Source: Meiothermus sp.
Lineage (GTDB): Bacteria; Deinococcota; Deinococci; Deinococcales; Thermaceae
NCBI GenBank assembly: GCA_033762915.1
Contig: JANRLD010000075.1
Coordinates: forward strand, 1 to 64,000
Reading direction: 5' to 3'
DNA: 64,000 bases
Every line of letters begins with the position of its first letter. Positions within the stretch are counted from its first letter, which is position 1. Both the position numbers and the translations under genes were made by a program. Under the pieces are notes generated by a model. That model saw only the letters and a list, made by a program, of their open reading frames with translations, made no database searches and was not told where the DNA came from. Positions 20,818 to 31,282 of this stretch are shown in pieces.

Positions 20818-20982
20818 CGTCACTGCAGCAAACACGCTAGCTTGGTGTTGCGAGTGACCACCTTCGCTCGAGCCTAATAGCTCTACGTTTGGCTCGAGTC
20901 AAAGACCCACACACGCCAGCCTCAGGCGAAAAACTCTTCTTTTTTTTGGTTCACCACAGATTAACAGCTGACTTCTAGATGT

Positions 20983-22716
20983 TTAGCCCTCAATAACAAT
21001 TGGCAGAATCACCGGATTGCGACCGGTGTTCTTGGCGATGAACTTTTTGACTGGGAAGTAGATGTCGTCGCGAATTTCCTCGAGTCTCCGCTTCTCCCGA
21101 ATACCCTTGTACAGGCTGTCGGTGGCCATCTTGCGAATCTCGCCCAGTAGCCGCTCGCCGGCCTTGGTAAAGCCTTTGGAGATGACCTCCACCAGCGGGT
21201 CGCGGCCCACCAGCGCGGTGATGATCACCACACCCTCGGCGGCCATGTGGTTACGGTCCTGCAAAATTTCGTCGGTGATGTCGCCCACCCCCAGGCCGTC
21301 GACGTAAAGCTGGCCGTGCGGCACGGTGCCGTCGAACTCGATGTTGCCCTCGGTCAGGCGCACTACTTTGCCGTTCTCGGGGATCAGAATCTTCTGGGGC
21401 GGATTGGGCATCGACTCAGCCAGCCACTTGAAGTTGGTTTGCTGGCGGATTTCGCCGTGCCAGGGGATCAGGAACTTGGGACGGGTCAGATTGAGTACCG
21501 TCTTGAGCTCTTCTTGCGAGGCGTGGCCCGAGGCGTGGACGCGGTAGCGGGGCGGGTAAAACACATAGGCCCCCAGCGCATATAGCCTGTTGATGACGGT
21601 GTTGACCGCCTCCTCGTTGCCGGGAATGGGGCTGCTGGAGAGGATGACGGTGTCGCCCTCTTGAATGCTCAGCTTGGCGTGTACGCCGCTGGCCAGACGC
21701 GCCAGCACCGCCTCCGGTTGGCCCTGCGAGCCGGTGGTGATGACCAGTACTTGGTCGTCGGGCAGGTCCTTGATCTCCTCGAGGGTATAGAAGCGGTCCT
21801 TCTGCTGGAAGTAGCCGAGCTCGAGGGCGATTCGGGCGAACTTGAGCATCGAGCGGCCCTCGACTGCGATCTTGCGCCCGTACTTCTCGCCTGCGGTCAC
21901 CACCGACTGGATGCGGTGGATGTGCGAGGCGAAGGTGGTCACAAAGATGCGGCCCTTGGCACTGCCGATCACCTTGTCGAGTTCCTTGGCGACCTCGGCC
22001 TCGCTGGGGGTGGTGCCCAGTCGCTCGGCGTTGGTGGAGTCGGCGATGAGGGCCAGAACGCCCTCGCGGCCGGCCGCCTCGATCTTCTCCAGGTGCGAAG
22101 TCTTGCCGTCGATGGGCTGCTCGTCGAGCTTAAAGTCGCCGGTGTGCACGATCTTGCCGATGGGGCTGTGGATGATCATCCCGAAGTTGTCGGGGATGGA
22201 GTGGGTCATCCGGAAGAGGTCGAGCTGGAAGTAGCGCCCCATGTTGATGCGGTCGTCGGGCGAGACCTCCTTGAAGTTGTATTCGCCCAGATTGATGCCA
22301 AACTCCTCGAGCTTGCCCTTGACCAGGCCCAGCGTGAGCTTTGCGCCATAGACGGGCACTTTGGGGAGTTGGGGGAACAGGTAGGCCAGCCCGCCGATGT
22401 GGTCCTCGTGCCCGTGGGTGATGACCCAGCCCTTGATGAACTCCTTGTTCTGGATCAGGTAGTCGATCCGGGGGATCACAAGGTCCACGCCCAGCATGTG
22501 CTCGTCGGGGAAGGCCAGCCCGCCGTCGATGATGAAAATCTCATCCTCGTAGCGCACGGCCGTGATGTTTTTGCCGATCTCGCCGGTTCCGCCCAGGAAG
22601 ATGATCTCCACTGCCCCGCCGGGCTTTCCCAGGATGACCGGGCCCTTGGGCTTGGGGCGTTCCTGCCGCTTGCGGGGTACTCGAGGCTTGCTGAAGGGTG
22701 GTGACTTTATGCTCAT
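20983..22716 (-). CDS. rnj: Ribonuclease J
   Basis: GGTGEIGKN, THGHEDHIG, HTGDFK, GSQG, HASGHA. Confidence 0.96.
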   Translation of the reverse strand: MSIKSPPFSKPRVPRKRQERPKPKGPVILGKPGGAVEIIFLGGTGEIGKNITAVRYEDEIFIIDGGLAFPDEHMLGVDLVIPRIDYLIQNKEFIKGWVITHGHEDHIGGLAYLFPQLPKVPVYGAKLTLGLVKGKLEEFGINLGEYNFKEVSPDDRINMGRYFQLDLFRMTHSIPDNFGMIIHSPIGKIVHTGDFKLDEQPIDGKTSHLEKIEAAGREGVLALIADSTNAERLGTTPSEAEVAKELDKVIGSAKGRIFVTTFASHIHRIQSVVTAGEKYGRKIAVEGRSMLKFARIALELGYFQQKDRFYTLEEIKDLPDDQVLVITTGSQGQPEAVLARLASGVHAKLSIQEGDTVILSSSPIPGNEEAVNTVINRLYALGAYVFYPPRYRVHASGHASQEELKTVLNLTRPKFLIPWHGEIRQQTNFKWLAESMPNPPQKILIPENGKVVRLTEGNIEFDGTVPHGQLYVDGLGVGDITDEILQDRNHMAAEGVVIITALVGRDPLVEVISKGFTKAGERLLGEIRKMATDSLYKGIREKRRLEEIRDDIYFPVKKFIAKNTGRNPVILPIVIEG

Positions 22717-23030
22717 TGGTTCTCCGTTTTCTCAACGCCGTTGGCGTGTATTCCTTGGTGATGTTTTGCCGATGGCCGGTAGCTAAGGGCTGATGGATGA
22801 TCTGAGGTTACCTATTGCGTATGTGATATTTCTGCACGGACACTTTTCTGACTGCGGGTACTGCTCAACTCTCGCCCCACTGGTGCTGCAACTCCCACTA
22901 CAACAACTTTTTCACTCTGAGGAGCGACCCTGCTCAAGTCCCCAGACCGTCCCAGAAACCCAGTAGAGCCCTGCTTCAAAGCAACTTTCGTGCAAAACTA
23001 GTACAGTCACTGCACAACTCCGTGACACCG

Positions 23031-23320
23031 TCACCCCAAAAGATCAGGATAATAATCCTGCCACCTAGGGTCGACAGCCGGCACTGGCTCGAGCTTTCGC
23101 GCTCGAGTCCAGCCCTTGATCTGCTTTTCGCGCTCTATCGCCGCCATAACATCGTTGGTCGCTTGGTAATACACCAGCCGGGTTAGGTATTCCGCTCTGT
23201 GAAGCCGTCGGCCTGCTTGGTGGGGTGTATATAGACCGTGCGCATCAGGTCATTAGAAATGCCGACGTACAGGGTTCTGGTGGTATTGGTCAGGACGTTG
23301 ACCCGATACTGGTTTTTCAT
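23031..23320 (-). pseudogene. Frameshifted small GIY-YIG nuclease (YhbQ/UPF0213-like)
   Basis: Frame 1 reads MKNQYRVNVLTNTTRTLYVGISNDLMRTVY..GFTERN. A shifted frame continues LTRLVYYQATNDVMAAIEREKQIKGWTRARKLE..DPRWQD to TGA at 23031-23033. Confidence 0.85.
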
Positions 23321-23420
23321 ATCCAAAGGTGCTGTACATGCGTTGTTGGTTTGAGTACAAGTTGTTCGTCGCCGGGATCGGTGAGTGAATGGGCCAAGGT
23401 GGCCGGGCAAACTCGATCGG

Positions 23421-23467
23421 TGGCTCCTCAGAATGACAACAGGTTTGGGGTGCATTCCGAGGAGCCA
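23421..23467. repeat. REP-like inverted repeat downstream of pnp (possible terminator)
   Basis: TGGCTCCTCAGAATG ... CATTCCGAGGAGCCA. Confidence 0.6.
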
Positions 23468-23477
23468 ACCGTCTGTA

Positions 23478-25634
23478 TTAGCGCCGTACGGGCGGGCGGC
23501 GGGGGGCGATCAGGCCTTCCAACTCAGGCCGAATGAGGTCTACCTTGCCCTGCTCGTCGATCTTATTGACCTTGACCTTGACCCGGTCGCCGAGCTTGAA
23601 CACGTCCTCGACCCGCTCGACGCGCTCTTGGGAGATCTGGCTGATGTGCAGCAGACCGTCCTTGCCGGGGAGAAGTTCGATGAAGGCCCCGAAGTTGGTG
23701 ATGCGCACCACCTTGCCGTCGTAGATCTCGCCCAGCTTGGCTTCGGCGGTCTGGCCCAGGATGCGGGCCTTGGCTTCCTCAGCTGCGGCGGCGTTTTCGG
23801 AGAAGAGGCGGATGGTGCCGTCCTGCTCAATGTCGATTTTAACGCCCAGCTCTTCTAGGGCGCGGATGTTCTTCCCGCCCGGCCCAATGATGCCGCCGAT
23901 CTTCTCGGGGTTGATCTTGATGGTCAGGATGCGCGGCACCTGGGGCTTCATCTCCACACGGTGGCCGGGCATCGCGGCCTGCATCAGGCCCAGGATGTGC
24001 AGCCGAGCCTGTCTGGCCTGCTCGAGGGCCGCCTTCATCAGCTCGGTGGTCAGGCCCTTGATCTTGATGTCCATCTGGAGCGCGGTCACACCGTCGCGGG
24101 TGCCGGTCACTTTAAAGTCCATGTCGCCCAGCGCATCCTCGAGGCCTAAAATGTCGGTGAGGATGGCGTGGCGGTCGCCTTCTTTCACCAGTCCCATGGC
24201 CACTCCGGCCACCGGCTTTTTGAGCGGCACGCCGGCGTCCATCATCGCCAGCGTACCGGCGCAGACCGTGGCCATCGAGCTCGAGCCGTTGGACTCCAGC
24301 ACATCGCCCACCACCCGGATGGTGTAGGGGAAATCGTCCTTGGGCGGGAGCATCGGCTTGAGGCCGCGTTTGGCCAGGTTGCCGTGGCCCACCTCGCGGC
24401 GGCTCACCCCGCGCAGGCGCTTGACCTCGCCGGTGGAGTAGGGCGGAAAGTTGTAGTGGACTAGGAAGTCGTCCTCGTTCTCGAGGCCGAGGTCGTCGAC
24501 AAGCTGGGCATCGCGGCTGGTGCCCAGCGTGGCCACGCCCAGTACCTGGGTCTCGCCCCGGCTGAAGATGGCCGAGCCGTGGGGGCGGGGCAGCACGTCG
24601 GTCTCGATCCAGATGGGGCGGACATCGGCGGGGGTCCGTCCGTCGGCCCGCTTGTTCTCGTCCAGGACCAGCCGGCGCAGCTCCTTCTTCACCACGTCGT
24701 CGAAGCCGGCCGATACCAGCTTGCGCCGGTCCACGTCCACCGACCCGTCCTCTTTGGAGGGCACGAACTCATCGATCAGGGCCTCGGCAAAGGCATCCAG
24801 TGCCTCGGAGCGCTCGCCCTTGGAGGCGGTGAGCAACACCTCGGATAGGCCCTTGGCGACGGCCCGGTCGTAGAGGGCCTTGAGGGTATCCTCGTCTAGC
24901 TTGACCGGCGGGACGTGGGCGAACTTAGACTTGCCCATTTCATCGCGCATCTGCTCCTGCAGCGCAAGAATCGGCTGCATGGCCTTGTGGGCGAAGTCCA
25001 GGGCAGCCACCAGGTTCTCCTCGCTCACTTCGTTGGCCCCGGCCTCGACCATGATGATCGCGTCCTTGGAGCCTGCCACGACCAGCTCGAGGTCGGTGGC
25101 CTCCTGGGCCTTGGGGTTGAGCATCAAACGCCCACCTTGCATCCCCACCCGTACCGAGGCGATGGGGCCGTCCCAGGGGATGTTGGAAAGCATGAGGGCG
25201 GCTGAGGCCGCGATGGGGCCGAGGATGTCGGGGGTGTTCTCCTGGTCGGCGGAGAGCACCGTGAGCAGCACCTGCACCTCGTGACGGAAGCCTTTGGGAA
25301 AGAGCGGGCGGATGGGTCGGTCGGTCAGTCGGGCCGAGAGAATGGCCTTCTCGCCGGGCCGTCCCTCGCGGCGCATGAAGCTACCGGGGATGCGCCCTAC
25401 CGCGTAGTGCCGCTCCTCGAACTCCACCGTGAGGGGTAAGAAGTCGGCCTGGATGGGGGCGTCGGAGGCGTGGGCGGTGGCCATCACCACGGTGTCGCCG
25501 TAGCTGACCCAGACCGAGCCCGAGACGTGCTTGGCGTATTTGCCCGTCTGGAGGGTGAGGGTGCGCCCGCCCAGCTCGACGCTATAGCGCTTACCGGCGG
25601 GTACTGGGCTAAAGCCTTGGATGTCTGTGTTCAT
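23478..25634 (-). CDS. pnp: Polyribonucleotide nucleotidyltransferase
   Basis: [41 protein letters not shown] and S1 domains. Confidence 0.98.
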   Translation of the reverse strand: MNTDIQGFSPVPAGKRYSVELGGRTLTLQTGKYAKHVSGSVWVSYGDTVVMATAHASDAPIQADFLPLTVEFEERHYAVGRIPGSFMRREGRPGEKAILSARLTDRPIRPLFPKGFRHEVQVLLTVLSADQENTPDILGPIAASAALMLSNIPWDGPIASVRVGMQGGRLMLNPKAQEATDLELVVAGSKDAIIMVEAGANEVSEENLVAALDFAHKAMQPILALQEQMRDEMGKSKFAHVPPVKLDEDTLKALYDRAVAKGLSEVLLTASKGERSEALDAFAEALIDEFVPSKEDGSVDVDRRKLVSAGFDDVVKKELRRLVLDENKRADGRTPADVRPIWIETDVLPRPHGSAIFSRGETQVLGVATLGTSRDAQLVDDLGLENEDDFLVHYNFPPYSTGEVKRLRGVSRREVGHGNLAKRGLKPMLPPKDDFPYTIRVVGDVLESNGSSSMATVCAGTLAMMDAGVPLKKPVAGVAMGLVKEGDRHAILTDILGLEDALGDMDFKVTGTRDGVTALQMDIKIKGLTTELMKAALEQARQARLHILGLMQAAMPGHRVEMKPQVPRILTIKINPEKIGGIIGPGGKNIRALEELGVKIDIEQDGTIRLFSENAAAAEEAKARILGQTAEAKLGEIYDGKVVRITNFGAFIELLPGKDGLLHISQISQERVERVEDVFKLGDRVKVKVNKIDEQGKVDLIRPELEGLIAPRRPPVRR

Positions 25635-26192
25635 CAAGTCTCCTGTGTTCCCGAGTAGAGCGTCGGGGCGCTGTGTGCATGGAGGGAAAGAACGGTTTGG
25701 GGGTATTAGGGCAGGGGGCGAAAGTGAATGGGTCGGAGGTCAGACAGTTGAAGGTCAAGGGTGGGGGCAAAAAAAGTGCACACTCCTCGGAGGAGAGTGC
25801 TCGCGTCCCTCAGGTGGGCCTCATGGGTGAGGGAGGGAGGTTTTGGGCCTGGTCTTGCGTTACGACCGGCGAAATGCCGAAACCCGCCCCCATAGATGGG
25901 AGCCGATTCGCCTGGTTGTCCGCTGTCGTTCTAATCCGCATGACCGCACTTCTAACGCGGGAGGTCTCGAGAACCGCCTTGGTTTCCCCTGGTATCAAAT
26001 CACGGCGAAACCCCAAAACCTCGGTTCCGCCCACCGAGTCGCCCCTAATATACCACACCGCTTAGCCGAGAACGTAACGTGGGCGGGAGCTGAGCGGGGA
26101 GTCCCGAGGGGCTTTGACTCTGAATCGGCTCGGGACTGGTCGCCCAGAGTTCCTCACAGCTTTCGGTCAGCAAGGGGGGCTATAATTTGACC

Positions 26193-26789
26193 ATGAGAAA
26201 CCTCTGGCTGGCACTGTTGGCGGCCGTAGGCTTGTTGGGGGGCTGTGCGCCGGTGGTGCTGGGGGAGAACCCTGCCCGGCCCTACAGCCTCGAGGACTTC
26301 CCGACCTTTACCTCGCCGGTGGGTCAAAACCTCTTTGGCAAACGGGAATACAGCCGCCAACGCTGGGAGGCGGTCTCGAGGCCGCGCTCCGGTCTAACGG
26401 TTGAGTTTTCGCTCAGCATCCTGATTGGCGCGATGCCTCAGCAGGCCTTTGATATCGCCGGGGTTTTCGGCAACCCCATCGACGCCTGCGCAGCCCGCAG
26501 CTCCACCCGCCGAGACGCCCTGGGCCGCTTCTCGGTGGCGCTGGGCGAGGCTCCGGCGGGGTGGGGGGTTGGTATCGAGCGGGCCGAGTATGTGTTGGAT
26601 TGCGGCGAGCGCGTGCAGCAGGCCGACGGGACCGTGGTCCAGCGGTTTACCACCGCGCTCGAGCTGCTCTACCGCTTTACGGTTCCGCCCAGCCTGGGGC
26701 CGGGCACCTACCCGGTGCGCTGGCAGGTGCTCGAGGGAAGTCGAGCGATTGTCACCGAGGACCGACGCTTCGTACTGGTAGCCCGCTAG
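26193..26789 (+). CDS. Hypothetical lipoprotein
   Basis: Lipobox LGGC; TATAAT 6 nt before the ATG (leaderless-type start). Confidence 0.72.
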   Translation: MRNLWLALLAAVGLLGGCAPVVLGENPARPYSLEDFPTFTSPVGQNLFGKREYSRQRWEAVSRPRSGLTVEFSLSILIGAMPQQAFDIAGVFGNPIDACAARSSTRRDALGRFSVALGEAPAGWGVGIERAEYVLDCGERVQQADGTVVQRFTTALELLYRFTVPPSLGPGTYPVRWQVLEGSRAIVTEDRRFVLVAR

Positions 26790-27222
26790 TCGGCCCCAAA
26801 CCCTGTTTGCCACTCGCCGCCGGCCTGTGGGACCTTCGGAATTTTTACGCCCAACCCGGCCCCCGAGCCACTAAGATTCGGGCTTGCAGGCTGCCAGAAG
26901 CAGAACAATCCCCCGAACCCCACTTCTTGTCCAGCGCTCGAACGTGCCAGTAAGGCAAGAGAGCCTTCAGGATTGGGTGATGCCAGACCCCGCCAAGGTA
27001 GGTGCCCGAGCGCCGAACGCCACAAAACCTGCGCCGGTGCAAGCACTGGCGCTTGCACCGGCATATGTTCCCTCCGGTCTTTGGTCTGACGTTTCGATTT
27101 TCAGCCGTTGAGATGCTTGGCCCTACGTGTCTGCATAGTTGAACTTCGGCACCCTGCCCTCCAAATCCTGTGGAATTGCGCCAGGCACGTATCTGCCGAT
27201 TCTACACTTCCACCCAGGTGCT

Positions 27223-27747
27223 TTAGTGGGTCAGCATCACCCACTCGTGGACCCGCCGGCTGATCAGGTCAATTTCGGACTGGCTGAGGATTCCGCCGTT
27301 CTTCAGGATTTTTTTGAACCGCTCGAGGGTGATGAGGGTTTTTTGCGTCCACTCTTTGTCTTGCAACAGGTCTTCGAACAGCTCCCAGTTGTGGGTGATG
27401 ATGAGGGTTAGGCTGTGGAAGTCGCAGCGGTTGAGCAGGGGGAGGGGATCGATGGGTCGTTTCACGGTTGGAGGATGGCCGCGTTTGCGCAGCACAATCT
27501 TCGGATTTTTACGGACGTCTTCGGGAAGCCGTTTGAGCCAGTCGTTCGCCTGCTTCTCGTTGAGCACCTTGGCCACCGTCCCCCGGACGGTTTGATTAAA
27601 GGACTCGATCGCGTTGTAGACCACCCACATGTCACGGAACGAAGCCGGCCGAGCCTCCTCGAGGAAAGCAAAGGACCGGGCGGGTTGGCTCGGTTCGACC
27701 GGGGGCGGGATGACGGGTTGGATGTAGTTGGTGGCGAGTTGATTCAT
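27223..27747 (-). CDS. Swt1-like HEPN-domain protein with degenerate active site
   Basis: Pattern Y..I.SFNQTVR..V...L......DW...LP..V...DF.SL..II..NWELF; ERFKKILKN sits where RxxxxH is expected. Confidence 0.55.
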   Translation of the reverse strand: MNQLATNYIQPVIPPPVEPSQPARSFAFLEEARPASFRDMWVVYNAIESFNQTVRGTVAKVLNEKQANDWLKRLPEDVRKNPKIVLRKRGHPPTVKRPIDPLPLLNRCDFHSLTLIITHNWELFEDLLQDKEWTQKTLITLERFKKILKNGGILSQSEIDLISRRVHEWVMLTH

Positions 27748-28018
27748 GGCTTTCACCCTGAGCGATAGGTTAGCAAAGCAATGGTTGAACCAAGGTTGTG
27801 CCCTGCTCGAGGCGGATTCGAAAGGCGGACTATGCGCGGTTGAAGTTACTTTTATCAAAGCCAAGCCGAGCTGGGGTTGCTAGCAAAACCGAAACACCTG
27901 GCTCCAAAAACCACTCGAGTCAATCAAGGCTTCGCGGGAATACCGTAAGGCCGCCGCCAGGGTGCAGCTTTGAAAGTGGGACGGTCGGGTATTCTTTGGG
28001 GGGCATTGGGAGGTGGGT

Positions 28019-28348
28019 ATGGCAAAGCAGTTGGAGTACAAACTCGAGGACGGCAGCAGTGTGGTGGTTGAGGTGAGCGAAGGCTCGAGTGGGGGAACGA
28101 CTCGCACTAGCACTAGGAGCGTGGGCGATAAGGTAGAGCAAGCCAAAGAAACCCTACAAGAAGCCCTACAAGGCTTGAAGCCCGTGGTGAATGCCCTGCA
28201 AAAAACCCTGAACGACATTAATAACCCCGACGAAATTGCGGTGGAGTTTGGGGTGAAGATGGGCGGGAAAACCGGAATTGTGATCGCCTCGGTGGAAAGC
28301 GAAATCAACTTCAAAATTGCACTAAAGTGGAGCAATAAGAAGGGTTAA
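28019..28348 (+). CDS. Trypco1 (trypsin co-occurring, CU044_2847-like) small protein
   Basis: LEDGSSVVVEV...PDEIAVEFGVKMGGKTGIVIAS...NFKIALKW. Confidence 0.85.
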   Translation: MAKQLEYKLEDGSSVVVEVSEGSSGGTTRTSTRSVGDKVEQAKETLQEALQGLKPVVNALQKTLNDINNPDEIAVEFGVKMGGKTGIVIASVESEINFKIALKWSNKKG

Positions 28349-30903
28349 CGCTCGAGCAAAACCAAGTTTTTCTGTGCCTCGAGGTCGGGGATTTGAGCTT
28401 GACCCATTTCAAAAGCGGTCTTGATGTCGTGTTCAAACTTGGCGAGGGCTTGATAGAACCCTTCGGCAAACGCGATGGCGTGTCTATCGTCAAACGCTTT
28501 GCGGTATGCGATGACATAGGGAACATGCTCGAGCAGCTTTTTGGCCTTTTTCTTGGTGTAGCAAGCATTTAGAATCACGCACCGAAGCCGCGACGCATTG
28601 ACGTTACGAATCATTGTGACGAGGCTCTCGAGCGGCATAAACTCGCTGTTGCCTGCCTCGTCCAAAACCACCAACTCGCCGTCCTCGCTGCCATGACCCG
28701 CAAAGTGAAGAATGCTTGGATTGATCGTCTGTAGTGCCTCGCTGATGTTGATGGATTCGGTTAGGGCTTCAATCTGTAAGTCGAATTTGTCTTTGTGTTT
28801 CGCAGTACCAACTTGTCGTTTTATCCTGCCCAATTCTCTGAGTAGCTGTAAACTATCTTGGTCAGATGGGTCGGAGGGCAGAAACAAAACCACATTCGGC
28901 TCAGCTTCCAATGCAGGTATCCAAGGTTTCACAGTTTTTTCCTCGACGGCAGTTTGTTCGGGTGGGAGGAGCCACTCGAGGACAAAACTGGGGTTTCCAG
29001 CCAAGCTCCAAAGCACGGAGTTGTTTTGTCTATCAGCGAGTTTCAACAGCTTTTCGACTGGGGTGCTGGGGTTTTCAGCCAATCTCCAAAGCACGTCGGT
29101 GTCTTGGCTTTCAGCGAGTTTCAACAGCGCTTCGACTGGGGTGCTGGGGTTTTCAGCCAATCTCCTAAGCACGTAGGTGTTTTGGCTAGCAGCGAGTTTC
29201 AACAGCACTTCGACTGGGGTGCTGGGGTTTTCAGCCAATCTCCTAAGCACGCCGGTGTCTTGGCTATCAGCGAGTTTCAACAGCGCTTCGACTGGGGTGC
29301 TGGGGTTTCCAGCCAATCTCACAAGCACGTCGATGTCTTGGCTAGCAGCGAGTTTCAACAGCGCTTCGACTGGGGTGCTGGGGTTTTCAGCCAAGCTCCT
29401 AAGCACGTCGGTGTCTTGGCTAGCAGCGAGTTTCAACAGCATGGCTCGAGGTGCTTGTTTATCTTGGGCTATCTTGAGGTGTGCTATCGAATGGTTGGGC
29501 AATCTATTTTGTAATAACATTGTTGTTTTATGGCATTCAATAGCCGAGGCAGCGTACAAGTGCATGGCTTGCACAACCGCACTGGGCTTGCCTTCGCTCC
29601 AACTGTTGAGTAGTGCCTCAAAAGGCTTGGAAACATTACCCGTTTTTTTCCAAGCAATTGCTGTTGCCAGCGCCAAGGTTGGCTCGAGACCCTCCTTATC
29701 CCAATAGTTCACCAAGGCTTGCTCGAGGCGCTTGCTCACATCTCTTTCTTCCCCACTCACGCCCAAAACCATTTCTTGAGCCAATGCATATTCTTGAAAC
29801 GTAAGGTGAACAAAGCGGTGCTGGCTGGAATCTTTGCCTACTTTTACCAGCAAACCTGCCTCGAGCAAGGCTTTTACGGTTTGATCTTTTTGCTCGGGGC
29901 TTAGCTTGGCTTTGCTTGCTGCCTGCTCCAAAATTCCGTCGCCAATCACCACCTCGAGTTGATCACCCATCAAGGTTGCCAAGCCCAAAGCCCGTAAAAA
30001 ACGGTCTCGGGAGGTGCGCAGGCTGGGTTTGTCTTCAATCTGGCTTTTGTCTATGGCGTGTTACCATAGGTTTTCTACCGCTCGGTCGTAAAAATCAGCC
30101 CTCGAGGCCGGAAGCCTAATTGCATGGGTTGTGTCATCCAAGGCCACTCGGGCAATCAAATCCAGCAGCAAGGCATTGGCCGCCAAAGACTTAAGCTGGG
30201 CGTTACCTTTGATGTTCTTGGCTAACTCCTTGGCGGTTGCTTTGGGCTTCTCGTTCACCTCGGCCCACTGCACCAAATAGTCCTCTTGTTCAAGGGCAGT
30301 AAAACCCAACAGGGTATAGGGCTGGGGGATACTTAGCTCTTTGTTAAAGAGGTTCTCGAGCTGGCTATTCCAGACATGGGTGCGGCAGCTTAGCACCACC
30401 AAGGCGCTCTCGCTGGCTTCCTTTACGGCCTGGGCGAGGCGGCTGGGCCAGCGGTTGTGGGTACGCAACTCGTCCAGCGCATCTATCAAAATGACGGGTT
30501 TTTCCAACTTCCCTTGCTCGAGTTGCTCGATGAGCTGGCGCGGTTTGCGTCTCGAGTCTTGTCGCAGTATTTCCAGCAGAATATCGGCTCGGTTTTCCAA
30601 CTCGGTCAACAGGCCGCATTCACCCAACAGGGTGGGGCGCTCGAGATTCTTTTGCCACTCCTTAAGCAAGGTGCTTTTGCCCTGCCCCGGCACACCCAGT
30701 ATCAGCACCACCCCCCGCTCGGGCAGGCGGCGCATCACATCTTCGGCGCGTTGGCGGGATTCTTGGGGCTTGGGGGCAAAGCTGTGCTCGTCCCACTCAT
30801 AGATCAAAAAGGCGGGTTTGTCCTCCCGCTCGCCGTCACGGCTGCGGGTTTTGGGGCTGGGGGTTCCCAGCCAGCGCGGCAGACGAATCGGGGGGTGGCT
30901 CAT
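28345..30903 (-). pseudogene. NACHT NTPase - 26-aa helical repeats - CHAT (caspase-like) protein interrupted by a single in-frame TAA at 30061-30063
   Basis: Walker A GVPGQGKST, Walker B ILIDALDE, FVHLTFQEY, CHAT ILHFAGHG and VILNACY. The 24 codons between the two ORFs are open and in frame (HAIDKSQIEDKPSLRTSRDRFLRA). Confidence 0.88.
28985..29440 (-). repeat. About six tandem 78-bp coding repeats (LLKLAASQDTDVLRxLAENPSTPVEA; LRV/HEAT-like)
   Basis: TTTCAACAGC recurs at 29041, 29119 and onward with a 78-bp period. Confidence 0.95.
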
Positions 30904-31239
30904 GGCGAATAATGCGGGAGAATCGTAGATTTAGTTTACAAGATTACCCCTCGGCATTGGCGATTTTTCTCGGTAAAGGCGAAGGTCAAGGGCTAATCCC
31001 CCCTACCCCCCTTGAGTGCTGTCACCATCAAGTTGACGAGCATTGGCTCGAGAATCGGTTGGCCCAAAGGGGGGCAGCCCACGACCGTAGTAACTCGAGT
31101 TGGAACGCAGTTCTTTGCCCCCCTTTCGCCATGCCTGCTCGATAACCGATTACTTGACTGACGCTTCGATGGTCGCTCTAAGGGGCGGAGCAAAGCGGAG
31201 GGTGTTTACATCGGTAGGGGGGATTGCCGTTGACGTTAA

Positions 31240-31270
31240 AAAGCCCCTCGAGACAACCTCGAGGGGCTTC
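31240..31270 (-). terminator. Rho-independent terminator of the S8 peptidase gene
   Basis: AAGCCCCTCGAG..CTCGAGGGGCTT hairpin followed by a T-run on the minus strand. Confidence 0.75.
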
Positions 31271-31282
31271 CCAAGTGGCACT

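Noticed and set aside
22860..23025. Loose recurrence of CTGC(T)CAACT-like words upstream of rnj
   Set aside because: Irregular spacing and low identity; cannot support an array or RNA call.
25640..26186. Long region upstream of pnp as ncRNA or small gene
   Set aside because: The short ORFs lack RBS or coding character, and I recognise no RNA motif.
28985..29440. Tandem repeat array as a CRISPR
   Set aside because: The units are contiguous 78-bp in-frame coding repeats with no unique spacers, and no cas genes are present.
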